Origin: the human T2T-CHM13v2.0 reference genome, Homo sapiens
Reading direction: 5' to 3' (one strand)
Assembly (NCBI RefSeq): GCF_009914755.1
Contig: NC_060926.1
DNA: 64,000 bases
Shown here: piece after piece, positions 35,523 through 50,939 of the stretch
Layout: every line of letters begins with the position of its first letter
How positions within the stretch are numbered: the stretch's first letter is position 1
Position numbers and translations under genes: made by a program
The notes under the pieces: generated by a model
What the model saw: the letters and a program-made list of their open reading frames with translations, nothing else
The model's database searches: none
Told to the model about the DNA's origin: nothing

Positions 35523-35748
35523 CAGGGATGTCCAATTTTTTGGCTTCCCTGAACCACATTGGAAGAAGAATTGACTTGGGCCACACATAAAATACAGTAA
35601 CTCTAATAATAGCTGATGAGCTAAAAAAAAAAAAAAATGCAAAAAAAATCTTAAAATGTTTTAAGAAAGTTTACCAATTTGTGTTGGGCAACATTCAAAG
35701 CCATCCTGGGCTTCATGCGGTGTTCAAGCCATGGGTGGGACAAGCTTG
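35523..35748. mobile_element. MER30 (hAT-Charlie) MITE
   Basis: CAGGGATGTCCAATTTTTTGGCTTCCCTG...GGACAAGCTTG with central A run. Confidence 0.8.
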
Positions 35749-36589
35749 TGCTAGAATTTTTAAAAGTGTAGTGGTGCAGCATTCACCCTCATCAATACAT
35801 TAATTAAAAAAAATTAAGCAATGTGTCTATTATAAAGCAAAGCTTTTAAGGCTCTTGGAATAGAGGTGTAAGAAGTATAAGCTATAATTTCTAGAGCCAC
35901 TAAAATGTATTCTATGTTTTTTTCATTCTAAGATGCCTTTGAATTGGCTTTTAAGTACCACTAGGAAAGATAACCCTAAATATGACACAATGCTAAGATG
36001 CCATTTTTTGTAAAATTTCTGTGTCGGAGATGTCAGAGTGTGGTGGGGGAAGAGTGCCTCACAGAGTTGATGAAATACCATCATTTAGCTTCAACTGAAT
36101 TCATTTAAAGTAATTCATCTTAAGATACAAGAATAGGAAATAATCGGTCAAAAGAAGTGTAACTTGAAGATGTAGATACGAATTCTGCCTTTAGTCTTAG
36201 TGAATTGAGATTCTCACATATAGCGTGTTTAAGGAAACTTGGGGGGGAGGTTTTATACACAGAATTTGTGATTGTCAGGGCAAAGTATTGTAAATGCAGC
36301 CTGTGTTTATTACAGAACTCCTTTAGCAAAGAAATACTTTAAAAAATGACTTCGAAGTTTTAACTGAGTAGTGAGAATTAGATACAGAAGTGTTGAATTC
36401 TAATTGTGAGCTAATATCCTTTAGTAGTAGTTCAAGTGAAAACTCTTTTTACCTTAATTGCCCTTTAAAGTATTTTTGCTTTAAAATGGTTTATTATTTA
36501 GGATTTATCAGGGAGAATTATAAATTATATTTGAAGTAATTCATTTAACATTAAACATTAAATTTCAAATGTGTTATTTTATTATGGTA

Positions 36590-36790
36590 GCCAACGTATA
36601 TTGATTGCTTATGAGCCTGGCAGTATGCTAATCATTATTTTGTCAATCTTAAAGGGTAGGTAATAGTATCCCCATCTTTAAAAAGAGAAAACTGAGGCTA
36701 AATGCAATAAGTAATTTGCTGAAGCTCACTTGCTAGTAAGTGAGCGAGCGCTATAAACCTCAGGTTAGTCTTATTCCATAGACTGTGCTC
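36590..36790. mobile_element. MIR
   Basis: Core motif CCCATCTTTAAAAAGAGAAAACTGAGGCT. Confidence 0.65.
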
Positions 36791-37179
36791 TAAATAGCTT
36801 AAGCTGTACAGTCCAGGCTCAGACATTAGTCTTACCGATGGCCTGGGCTGCATCACTATTTGACATTGCATGTTCTCTGATCGATAAAGACATCTTTATG
36901 TCACAGAACTTGGTCCTTTTACTACATCTTTATTATGTACTTAAATATATTTCTACTGTGAGAAACATGAATGGGATCTACTTAATCTAGATAGTCAAAC
37001 TCTACATAGGGAATTGTATTTATTCAGGAATCTACAGACTGGAGCTGTTTAGTACCTACTTTCAAGTGAGAAATGGGATCAAGTTTTGTATTTAAATGTT
37101 AAGCGTTTTGTAGAGTGAGCAAAAGTTACATGTGTTTTCTGAAAACTAAGATTTTCATTAACTACTTACTCTGAATCCT

Positions 37180-37340
37180 TTTATTCAGAGTGCAGTCTAT
37201 GGATCAGCAGCATTGGCATTACCTGGGAGCTTATTAGAACTGTATAATCTCAGGCTTCACCCTACACCTTCTGAATCAGAGTCTGAATTTTAACAAGGTC
37301 CCCAGGTGACTGTTCAGCATATTAAAGTTTGAAAAGAACT
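37180..37340. mobile_element. MER5-family DNA transposon
   Basis: CAGCAGCATTGGCATTACCTGGGAGCTTATTAGAA...TTTTAACAAGGTCCCCAGGTGA. Confidence 0.75.
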
Positions 37341-37440
37341 AACAGACAAGATTTTAAGTCAGTATTTCAAAAATATAAATTTAAAAAATCTTACCAAAAA
37401 GAAGAATCCCTTTTTTTTTTTTTTTTTTTGTACACTGTAG

Positions 37441-37568
37441 GTGGGTCACCACCACAACCAGTTGTACCAGCTCATAAAGATAAAAGTGGCGCTCCACCAG
37501 TTAGAAGTATATATGATGACATTTCTAGCCCAGGACTTGGATCAACACCTTTAACTTCAAGAAGACAG
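37441..37568 (+). CDS. NUP35: NUP35 coding exon 3 (128 nt)
   Basis: Poly-T plus TAG acceptor; [42 protein letters not shown]; donor CAG|GTAATA. Confidence 0.97.
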
Positions 37569-37996
37569 GTAATATAAATACCCTTTTGATCCCCAATGAA
37601 CAACATCATGGTTTTATGTGTCTGTTCAGTGAGAGTCAATACTTTGAAATGTTTCCCTGAAGTCTGTTTTAATGTAACTGTGTTGCACAGAATAAACATT
37701 AAACACATCATAGAATCTACTTAAATTGTGTTGATGATGAACTGTACTTAACAGTGTAGAACTCTAGATTTTCTCTCATAGGTAATTCTCAGGTGTTTAT
37801 AGGTATGCCTTATCCACCTGCCCATAGCTCCAACCTACTTAATATACATGTAGAATGTGACTATGGTTTAAATCATTCTGATTGTTTAAGAAGTTTAATA
37901 TTTAATATTTAAAAATTATGTGAAAGAACAAATGAAAATTTAGAGTTTCATCTAGATCTAGGGCACTCGTCAGCTGAGAAGTAGTATGGACTTGTC

Positions 37997-38268
37997 TTTA
38001 TTTTCTTCTTTTTTTAGGGTCCCCAACAGGGTCCTGATCAGTTGCCCAGGCTAGAGTGCAGCGGCACAGTCATAACTCTGCAGCCTTGAACTCCTGGGTT
38101 CAACCAATCCTCCTGCCTCAACTGTCCTATTGGGATATAGGCACGTGCTGCTATGCCTGGCTAATTGTATTTTTTTTTGTAGAGATGAGGTCTTGCCGGA
38201 TTCAGGTGATCCTTGCACCTTGACCTCTCAAAGCGCTAGATTATAAATGTGAGCCACTGTGCCTGGCC
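37997..38268 (-). mobile_element. AluJ
   Basis: Diverged reverse Alu. Confidence 0.8.
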
Positions 38269-38604
38269 GACTTTTCTTTTAAGTAGAAAATTTAGTAGCT
38301 TCATAGACACAAGTGTTGTTTCCTATTATTATTGTGCTTAGTAGGACATATAAACAAAGTTTATCAGTTAAGTTGGTAAGTTCTTTATATAAAGATATGT
38401 CTGCTGTTTGCTTTAGATATATGTTTTATGCCTTTCCCTAAATTGTATTTAGTGAAGTTGAGAGTTCAAGAATATTAGAAAGCATTTTTCAGTGGATTCG
38501 TGCTATTTATAGGCTTGATATGTCTGGCATACTAGGCTTACTTGTCAAGTAAAGCAAAATTCATTCACTGTGGTAAACAGATTACTGTTTCTTCCCAACA
38601 CTTC

Positions 38605-38905
38605 TAGACCTGCCTTCCTGTCCAACAGGAGCCACTAGCTAAGTGTGGCTATTGATACTAAAGATATAGCTAGTCTTTATTGAGATACACTTTAAGTATA
38701 AAATACACACCAGAGTTTGAAGACTTAGAAAGAATGTAAGGTATCTTATTTTTTTATGTTGATTACATATTGAAATGATAATGTTTTGGATGTGTTTGGC
38801 TAAATATTACTAAATTTCACCTGTTTGTACTTTTAAAATGTGCCTACTAGAAATGGTAAAATTACACGTATGGAATTTATTGTTCCTAATGGATAGATAT
38901 CCTGG
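38605..38905. mobile_element. MER33-like hAT DNA transposon
   Basis: AGCCACTAGCTAAGTGTGGCTATTGA...AAATACACACCAGAGTTTGAAGACTTAG. Confidence 0.7.
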
Positions 38906-38961
38906 TCTGGGATGGTTTTCTAAAGGTTGATAAGTAAAGCTTATGATTAGTTTGGTATGAA

Positions 38962-39600
38962 GGCTGGGCGTGTTGGTGCATGCCTGTAATCCCAGCACTT
39001 TGGGAGGCCGAGGTGGGCGGATTGCTTGATTTTTATGTATTTTTATTTATTATTATTATTTTTTGAGACAGGGTCTTGCTCTATCACCCAGACTAGAGTG
39101 CAGTGAAATGGTCATGCCCCACTGTAGCCTCGACATCCTGGGCTCAAGTGATCCTCCCACCTCTTCTCCCTAGTAGCAGGGACTACAGATGTGGACCACC
39201 ATGCCTGGCTAACTTTTGTATTTTTTGTAGAGATGGGATTTGTCCTGTTGCCCAGGGTGGTCTTGAACTCCTGAGCTCAAGTAATCCACCTTCCTTGGCC
39301 TTCAAAAGTGCTGGGATTACAGGTGTGACCCACTGTGCTGGGCTTTGGGCAGATTGCTTGAACCCATGAGTTTGAGATCAGCTTGGGCTACATGGCGAAA
39401 CTCTTGTCTCTACTGAAAATACAAAAAAAAAAAGGCTAGATGTGGTGGTGTGTACCTATAGTCCCAGGTACTCAGAAGGCTGAGGTGGGACGATTGCTTG
39501 AGCCTGGGAAGCTCAGGCTACAGTGGGCTGTGATCGTGTTACTGCACTCAGCCTGGGTGACAGAGTGAGACCCTGTCTCAAAAATAAAATAATAAAAACT
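38962..39600. mobile_element. AluJ (+) with an inverted AluJ (39030-39344) nested inside
   Basis: 16-bp TSD TGGGC(G/A)GATTGCTTGA at 39014-39029 and 39346-39361. Confidence 0.9.
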
Positions 39601-40588
39601 AAAAAATTAAAAAATTGTTTGTTGCAAGAACCACTGGCTTCTAAATTTGTGCAAGGTTTTATTACTTCTCTGATGATACAGACAAAGGCTTACAGATATT
39701 GCTGTATTCAAAATGTTTGAAAGACTCGTGGGTCATAATTTATAGAGAATGTTTTTGATTTGAAAGTTGGTAAGAATATTATTGCTAGATTAGAGCCCAA
39801 ATTAGTTATGCCCCCTGGAATTTGCTCAGTTTGCTTTCTAATCATGAAAGAATTGGCATTAATAATTGAGGAATAAATTTTATATCTCTCCCAACATTCT
39901 CTCAGCATTTAGTTCTGGTTGCTAAATGAAGCTATTTGAGATTTCCTTAGTTTAATTAGAATCTGTTTTAAAAAATCTTTATTGAGTTCTAGAGAGATTC
40001 TGTTCTCATTTATTGATTGGATATTGTCTTTGTTTTAGAAGGATTTTAAACTATTTTAATCCTTAATTTTCTTATATTTAAAGGAACTAAAATGGATAAT
40101 TTACCAGTTTTGGAACTTTCTACTGGTAGTGGTAGGGATATGCTGTCTTTTATTGTTTAGACTGATTTGAATCTATAGTGTTTCATGGTTTCTAAGTATC
40201 TGTTGAAAATCAAATTTTGTCACCCTTCTGTTTTTCTGTATGAACCTGGTCATTTTAAAAATTACCATTATCTCTGTTATTTCAAATATTGTACATTAGA
40301 AACTAAAAACAAATAGTTAACATGTCACCTTTTACAGAAGATAGTCTTTTTTTTTTTTTTTAACATAATATGACTTTTCTTATTTTAAACAAATACTAAG
40401 GGATCTAGTAAATTTTAGGTTAATACTGTTTAACTTATGGGGAAAAAAGAGTGCCTTTGTACTTTGAGCTAATTAGAGGCATCTCTAGCACATGATAAAA
40501 ATTCAGTTATCCATTGAATGAAGCCTTTTAACACTTACTGTATTTATGTTTTGCATTTTTACCATAACACTTTCTTCTGTTTGTGTAG

Positions 40589-40646
40589 CCAAACATTTCA
40601 GTAATGCAGAGTCCTCTTGTTGGAGTTACATCTACTCCTGGAACAG
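40589..40646 (+). CDS. NUP35: NUP35 coding exon 4 (58 nt)
   Basis: TAG acceptor; PNISVMQSPLVGVTSTPGT-G; donor CAG|GTAAGT. Confidence 0.96.
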
Positions 40647-41461
40647 GTAAGTGATTCTTTCTTTTTTTTTTTTTTTTTAAAAGACAGGGTCTGGCTCTGC
40701 TACCCACGCTGGAGTGCAGTGGTGTGATCACGGAGTAAACAACTCTGACACCAAATACTTCTCTATTCTTCGAATGAATTTAATATAAAATGTTTGTTGG
40801 TAACTGCCAAAATTTTTTATTTTATATTTCAAACTTGGAGATTTTCCAAAATCTATAACTTCTTTCAGGAAGGAAATACTTTGTATATTGATTATTTTCT
40901 GAATCAAATCACCCTAAAGGTATGGTGGGGTGAATATTCAGAATGTCTTTTTAAGAAATTGTATACTTAATAGATGTTTGAAGTATCTCCTTAGTTATTA
41001 AAACTTGTCAATAAAAAAGCCATTGGAATTGGGATGAAAAGGAATAGTTAAGACACTGAATAATAAAGGTGTTTTGAGAGATGTTAATGCATAGTTATAA
41101 ATCTAAATGCCGTTGAATAGAAGCAACCACTGATTATATACCTAGTTTTTCTTTAAGATTAATGGCTTTTTAATAATCATCATTATGCTTAGCACAGTTC
41201 TTCATATGTCGTCATATGTGTATAATCCCATCAAATGTTTATTCAGCAAATATTTGAGCACCTAACTGTGTACTCTGGGAAATAGTAAACAAAATAGATA
41301 TTCCCTGCCTTTATGGAACTTACATTTATTTGCAGAATTTACATTTATAAACAAAACAAGTAAATTATAACATTTGTTAGAAGGTATTACATTTTGTGGA
41401 GGAAAAAATTAAGCAGCAAAGGGGGGGAGGGGGTAGAGACTTAGAGTTTTAAATAGGGTAA

Positions 41462-42283
<822 letters not shown>

Positions 42284-43253
42284 CTGATAGTTAGGGGGCA
42301 AGTAAACTTTACTCAAAAGTCTGTAAGTGAGGGAGGTAGGGAATAGTATTCTAGACGGAGGGAACAGTGTGTCTGGGGTGTTCAAGGAAGAATAAGGGGA
42401 TGGTGACTGAAATGGAGTAAGTGAGGGGGAGAATAGTGGAAAATGAGGTCAGAGAGGATAGGTAATGGGGGCAGATGTATTACATGGCCCTGTAGGTTAT
42501 TGTCACAATTGGTCTTTACCCAGAAAAGGTGGAAGACAATAAGGATGAGACTGTTGCTGGGTTCAACTAGTTTGGGAGTAAAAGTTAGCTTAGAAGCAAG
42601 GAGACAAGTTAGGAGGCTACTTGTAGCAATCTAGGTGAGAGATGATAGTGATAGAAAAAGTAGGCAGGCAAGAAGGGAAATAATACAATAACAGGGAAAG
42701 ATGGAACATAAGAAACAATAGCAAGACAGTAGATTTTAAACTAAGCAAATCAGGCATGTGCCTGTAGTTCCAGCTACTCGGAAGGCTGAGGCAGGAGGAT
42801 TGCTTGAGCCCAGGAATTCGAGGTTGCAAGGGAGCTGATTTTGTCACTGCACTCCAGCTTGGGTGACAGAACAAGACCCTATCTCAAGAAAAAAGTAAAT
42901 AAAAATTTAAAAAAAAAAGCACGCAAAAAAACTAACCAAATTAACAATGATGTAAAATGTATTAAACACTCTGGTTAAGGCAGGTATTGTCAGAATGGAT
43001 AACAAAAGGAACACCCAATACAAATTGGATCCTTTGAATCCTCCAAGTCTGAATTTCTTGAGGCAGTCTGTGAGCACTCATTGGCCGTGTCTTTAAAGTC
43101 TACATTTCTAGTAAAATGTTCTTCAAGGAAACTTAGTCATTTTCTATCACGATGCTCAGAATTCTTCCAGCCTCTACCCACTGCCTGATTTCTAAAGCCA
43201 TTTCCACATTTTTACTTGGGTGTTAACAGCAGCACCTGACTTGTTCCAAAATC

Positions 43254-44177
<924 letters not shown>

Positions 44178-44335
44178 CTAGAATGTCACCCTAGTCTTTT
44201 CAGCCATGTAACTGAGGTTGAATGTCTAGGAAAATTAGTGCTGAACAGCCTTAAGCTGATCAAACTGTAACAAATAGGTGGATGATGATGCTTTGTTACA
44301 CGCAGAAATAGTGATTATTCAGTTATTTGAGTCAT

Positions 44336-44612
44336 GCCAGGTGCCACTGGCTCATGCCTGTAATCCCGAGGCAGGTGGATCACTTGAGTCCAGGAGTTTT
44401 GAGACCAGCCTGGGCAACATAGTGAGATGCCTGTCTGTACAAAAAAAAATTTTTTAAATTAGCCTGGCATGGTGGCACACACCTGTAGTCCCAGCCACCT
44501 CGGATGCTGGGGTTAGGAGGATCACTTGAGCCTGGGAAGTCAAGGCTGTAGTGAACAGTGATCACACCACTGCATTCCAACCTGGGTGACAGAGTGAGAC
44601 CTTGTTTCAAAG
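44336..44612 (+). mobile_element. AluJ
   Basis: Alu dimer with a small left-arm deletion. Confidence 0.85.
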
Positions 44613-44661
44613 AAATAATTGAGTCAGTAAGTGATCCCAGGGACATTGAAAATCCAAAAAC

Positions 44662-44942
44662 AGGGCTGAGTGTGGCATGGTGGCACATGCCTATAATTCC
44701 AGCGCTATGGGAGGTCAAGGTGGGAAGACCGCTTGAGCCGGGGAGTTTAAGGCTGTAGGCAGCTATGATTGCACCACTGCACGCGAGCCTGGGTGACAGG
44801 GAGACCTCAAAGAAAAAAAAAAAGGCAAAAACACATAATGTTAAGTAATGTTTTACATTTTAGTGGCTCTCTTAGTTGACTGAAAAGCATACATTTTAAT
44901 TTTCCTACCGTTGTCAAGTAGAAAAGCGCATGATTAATGTTA
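44662..44942 (+). repeat. Arm 1 of a local inverted duplication (Alu monomer plus ~120 bp non-Alu flank)
   Basis: Reverse-complement match to 46107-46401, including the flank CATAATGTTAAGTAA...CTGAAAAGCATACATTTTAATTTTC...TTGTCAAGT...GATTAATGTTA. Confidence 0.93.
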
Positions 44943-45268
44943 ATAAATATCTTTTTGTTAACTTATTTTTTTCTAATATAGTAACTTCTGTGAGGTTTTG
45001 TAATTGTAGAAACTATATATGAAAATACAAGAGCTGTGATAGGAAAAATACCTATCATGAATTGGCCACTGGGAGCCACTGCTGCTTCTACTTTGACTTT
45101 AAGGAATTTACACATAGAAAGTCTTAATGGGGTATAAGTGACAAAGAATATTTTTGAAAAGATGACAAGGTGTGGAGACCTATCATGCATGGCCAATGAT
45201 AGGCAAGAAATAGAAAAAGAGAATTGACAGGAAAATTGAGGGGAAAACCTAGATTTTTCATTTAGAGC

Positions 45269-45270
45269 TA

Positions 45271-45307
<37 letters not shown>
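45269..45307. repeat. (TA)12-T15 compound microsatellite
   Basis: Direct reading. Confidence 0.9.
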
Positions 45308-46106
45308 AGCTCCTGTATTTAGTGTTAAGTGAAGTTTTTTTGGATGATTAGTAAATCTTAGCTTTCTGAGATTGGCAAGTTTTATAAAGAGATGTCATGG
45401 GATATAATGGCATGACTGCCACTTTATGCTTAGGTTGTTTTTTGCATCCAATAAAGAGGTTGGTGGGTTTATTTTATTTTGTAAACATTCTGTAACTGAT
45501 GTTAAGATCTTTTTTAGAATATTATTTCTGGTGCAGGAAAACATTGGTCATAAGTCAAAATAGGAAATCTGGATTAAAGAATATAAGAAACTCTTAGTCA
45601 TGGTATATTACTGCCCCTGGTAAAGAACATTGAATGTGTTTTTTCTACTTTCCCCATCCTCATCCCTGAATATTTTTTTCTGCTGCAATTTAAGTTTTCT
45701 TCTGCTTTTCTTCTTCCTTTATATTTTTTATTACTTTTTTTCTTGAGAAGTTCTTTCACTTATATATTAGCTCTCTTCCAAAATGGTAGGTCACTCGTTA
45801 ATTAACTAGAATCATTTGTGTTAGCATATTGTTAACAGGTTAAGCGTGATATTAAGTGATAGTAGCACTTTATGGCTGCTTTTGTTGATGCAAGGACCTC
45901 AGAGTTTTGATAGTGTTCCTGGAAGTGGGGGCCAAAAGGGACTCTTCTTTTTCTGGTTTGGGTTAGGTACTCCTTACATGTGTTCCTTTTAAAGCTCTCT
46001 GTTTGGCTCTCATCTGTCTTTATTACCTGATTATGAACTCCTTCAAGACAGAGATTTTTCCTGTGTCTTCAGTGTTTACCCATCTCAGAGCTGGGTACAA
46101 AGGACC

Positions 46107-46401
46107 TAACATTAATCCTGTGCTTTTCCACTTGACAACAATAAGAAAATTAAAATGTATGCTTTTCAGTAGACTAAGAGAGCCGCTAAAGTGTAAAACT
46201 TTACTTAACATTATGGTTTTGCATTTCTTTCTTTTTTTTTTTTTTTTTTGAGAAAAGATCTCGCTGTCACCCAGGCTGGAGTGCAGTGGTGCAGTCATAG
46301 CTCCCTGCAGCCTTAAACTCCCAGGCTCAAGCAGTCCTCCCACCTCGACCTCCCATAGTGCTGGAATTATAGGCATGTGCCACCATGCCATACCCAGCCC
46401 T
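46107..46401 (-). repeat. Arm 2 of the inverted duplication
   Basis: rc of 44662-44942; the ORF track shows the shared peptide [13 protein letters not shown] on opposite strands. Confidence 0.93.
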
Positions 46402-46442
46402 TTGTAAATGTTTGTTGACTGAATATATTGATGGATATAAGC

Positions 46443-46947
46443 TGTAGAGAGTTGAATGGTGGCCTCCATACAATATGTCCACATCCTAATCACTGGAACC
46501 TGTGACTGTTAACTTACATATGATTGAGTTAAGGATTTTCAGAGGGGAGACTCTGAAGGAGAGTTTAAAGAGTTAAGGAGGGAAGGGGACAGAATCCTGG
46601 ATTGCCTGGATGGTGCCTAAATCCAGTCACAAGGGTCCTTGTAGGTAAGAGGCAGAAAGAAATTTGAAACTGAAGAGGAAGAGAAACATATAGAGGAGAG
46701 AGAAGGTGATGTTCAGAAGGGGGCAGAGATTAGAGTGTTGTTTCCAAAGCATGCCATAAGTCACCAAAAGGTGGAGGAGGCAAGCGGCAAGCAGTGGATC
46801 CTTCCTTAGAGTCTGCAGCAGGCATGCCACCTTGCCAACAACATAATTTTGGACTTTGGGCCTCCATAATTTGTGAGAGAATAAATTTCTGTTTTAAGCC
46901 ATCCAGTTTGTGGTAATTTGTTACAGCAGCCACAGGTAACTAATATA
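46443..46947 (+). mobile_element. MLT1 LTR
   Basis: Ends AATAAATTTCTGTTTTAAGCCATCCAGTTTGTGGTAATTTGTTACAGCAGCC. Confidence 0.8.
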
Positions 46948-47086
46948 TGTAAATATTGTTTTGAGACAATGACATTCCAACACCAGTATCCACTACCAAA
47001 TAAGAGGATTGGTGTATTTGCATCCAACTTGGCAAGGCATGATTTTTCTTTAATAATACTGAATAAAAACTATCCTTATTCTAGAC

Positions 47087-47440
47087 TATGTAGCTTCTTA
47101 TTGCTGCTGAACCATATTATCACAAATTAATATCTTAAAACAACACAAATTTATTGTGTTACAGTTATGGAGGTCAGAAGTCTGAAGTAGGCCTCAGTGG
47201 ACTAAAATCAAGATGTTAGCAGGACTGCATTCCTTTCTGGAGGCCCTAGAGGAGAATTTTTTTTTTCTTTTCTAAGTTGTAGAGGCTGTCCACATTCTTT
47301 GGTTTATGTCCCCCTACCATCTTCAGAACCCCCAGTGTCCAGTGAGTGTTTCTACATTATTATTTTCCTTTCCTCTTCCCCTTTTAAGGACCTTATTGGT
47401 TATATTGGGCCTATTTGGATAATCTAGGATAATCTTATTT
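47087..47440 (-). mobile_element. MLT1 LTR fragment
   Basis: ACAGTTATGGAGGTCAGAAGTCTGAA motif. Confidence 0.7.
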
Positions 47441-47584
47441 TTAATTAGTCACCAAAATTTTATTTACTCTCATGTCAGATTAACTATGCTACCATTGAGT
47501 GGTCTCTAGTTATGGTGGTGGCAATGTTTATGTTTTAGTCAAAATAATAAATTCAGATGGTTTTAGAAAATTAAATAGAACTTA

Positions 47585-47868
<284 letters not shown>

Positions 47869-47981
47869 TTAAATAGAACTTTAATACAACAAAATGCAAT
47901 GATCTTTAACCTTATTATGAACTAGCCAGTCCAGATCTTAGAGCTATTCTTTTTGGAATTTACTATGTCCAAATTAGATGC

Positions 47982-48438
47982 TATATTAGTTTACTCTTGC
48001 CATTGTAACAAATTACCACAAATGTATTGGCTTAAAACACTTTACATTTATTCTCATTTATCCCAAAGTCAGTTTCACTGGGCTAAAGTCAAGGGGTTGA
48101 TAGGATTACCTCTGGAGATTCTATGGACAATCAGCTTCCTTGTTTTTTTTTTTTTCCTCAGCATCTAGCTGGATTCTCCTTTATGCCTTTTTCCTCCATC
48201 TTCAAAGCATATCATTCCATTCCCTGCTTCCATAATCACATAGCCTTCCCTGAAGTAAAATCTCCTACTTCCCTCTTGTAAGGATACTTGTGGTTACATA
48301 TAGGGCCCACCTGGATAATCTCCCCATCTGAGGATCTGTAATCACATCTGCAAGATCCCTTTTGCCACATAGATAGCATTTGCAGATTTCAGGGATTAGA
48401 ATGTTGTTATCTTGGAGGGCTGTCATTTAGCCAGCCAC
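47982..48438 (-). mobile_element. MLT1 LTR
   Basis: TGTAACAAATTACCACAAA...GGGCCCACCTGGATAATC. Confidence 0.72.
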
Positions 48439-49511
48439 GTCATCATATTGCTAATTCTTAATTTTCAGTTTTTAATTTTGCTATATTTCTCTTAAAGTAA
48501 TTGAAGATATTGTATTTTCCCCTCATATTATCTGAATATAGTTACATCTAACTTTATTCCTTTGTCAGTGTTTGTACTGTGACTATGTAAATACTGCTCA
48601 GTGCTGAACCAATTAATATGATTATTCTTTCTGTAAAACTCTTGATTCTCCAATAGTTAATAATTGTTTTTTTTCTATTAAGTCTAATTTTCTATGTGCC
48701 GTTTGTTCCCTTTATTTTAAGCAAACATTCTGCTGCTATGGTACATACCTATTTTAGTATACTCACTTTTCAAGCACATTTTTCTTTGTTTTAAATTGAG
48801 AATTTCTCTCTCTTAGCCTCTGTCTTGATTTCTTGTTTTGGCATGGTGTATGACAATCATCCTAGGACTTGCATGTTTGTAGTGTTGAGTTCTTTTTCCT
48901 AGAAAGCATGCCTCCCTCTTTATGTCCTGATTTTGGTGAAGAACATATTTAAGTAGCTTTCTAAAAAAGCTTGCTTAAGAAGTAAAAATTTAAAACCTCA
49001 TGTCAGAAATGCTTTTTTTAGTCTTCACACTTGATTGATAGTGTAGGTGGGTAGGTTGGAATTTTGGAGGCATCATTCCATTGTCTTCTGCCTTCCAGTG
49101 TTCTGTGGAAGCCATTTGTGATGATGATTCCTGAGTATTTTTACGTGACCTGTTTTCCAGAATTTATGATATTTCTATGGTTGGTATTCTCAATTTTGCA
49201 AATGTGTCTTGGTGTGGAACTTTTTCATTTGTTTTGCTGGGGAATTGATGGATCCTTTGCATCAAGATGCTTATATTTATTCTTCAGTTCTGGGAAACTT
49301 CCCTGTATTATTTGTTTGATAATTGCTTTCTCTCTGCTTTCTCTTTTCCGTTTTTTGGAATTGCTTGTTTGTGTGTTGCATTACTGCAGAGATTTCTAAT
49401 TATTGTTTCCCTTTTATGTTATCATTTATATCTGTATGCTACTTTCTGAGAGATTTTCTCAAATTTTGTGTGTTTTCTTTTTTTTTTTGGTGGGGGGTGG
49501 TGGGCACTTTT

Positions 49512-49872
<361 letters not shown>

Positions 49873-49897
49873 TAGAAATATAGCATTCTCTTCTCTC

Positions 49898-50235
<338 letters not shown>

Positions 50236-50939
50236 CTAGCAGTGAGGTTAATAGCAGTCTTTTTTATTCTTGCTCTTATTGTCTCGTCTCTTCTAGTTCT
50301 TGGTATTTTTTTTTTTACCCCTCTATCATTGCTGGTGAGCAAATATTTATCAAATGAGGCACTAAAAGCTATTTGGAATAAGTGTGTGCATAGGATTCGG
50401 TATTGGCAGCAGGGTAGAATTGATGGAGAGGAGCTGTTTTATATCTTACTGGGCTTCACTTTTAAGTGTTCCCAAAGAAGAATCTTTTAATACTCAGCCT
50501 TATGCCTAAGCTGGTGTTCTGAATATGGGCAGGGGCAAATCTCCTTTTCAATGTGCAGATTTTCACTTAATCTCCTTACAGTTGTCTTCTGCTGTCAGAC
50601 TCATTGAGTTTTGAGCTGTTTAGGTTCCTTTTCTCCAGAGACAAAATCTTTGGTCTTTTGAGGGTGGATTGGGAAAGTGAGAGTTATCTAGCTGCCTGGG
50701 ATAAGGAGAGGCCTGGTCTGTAAGCCCTTATTATATACTTTACACTAGTTTTCCTTAAGTTCAGTCAGGAGTTTCTCACAGTATCATTGGTCCCCAAAAC
50801 CTGACACTTTTTTAGAGTGTCTGTCAGTAGGGGTTTGCAAGGGATTATAAGTGAATACAGGGTTCAGTTCACCATGCTTGATTGGACATTGTACCATTCA
50901 ATATGCTTTTTCGGTATAATGTGTGTGCCATACTGCAAA

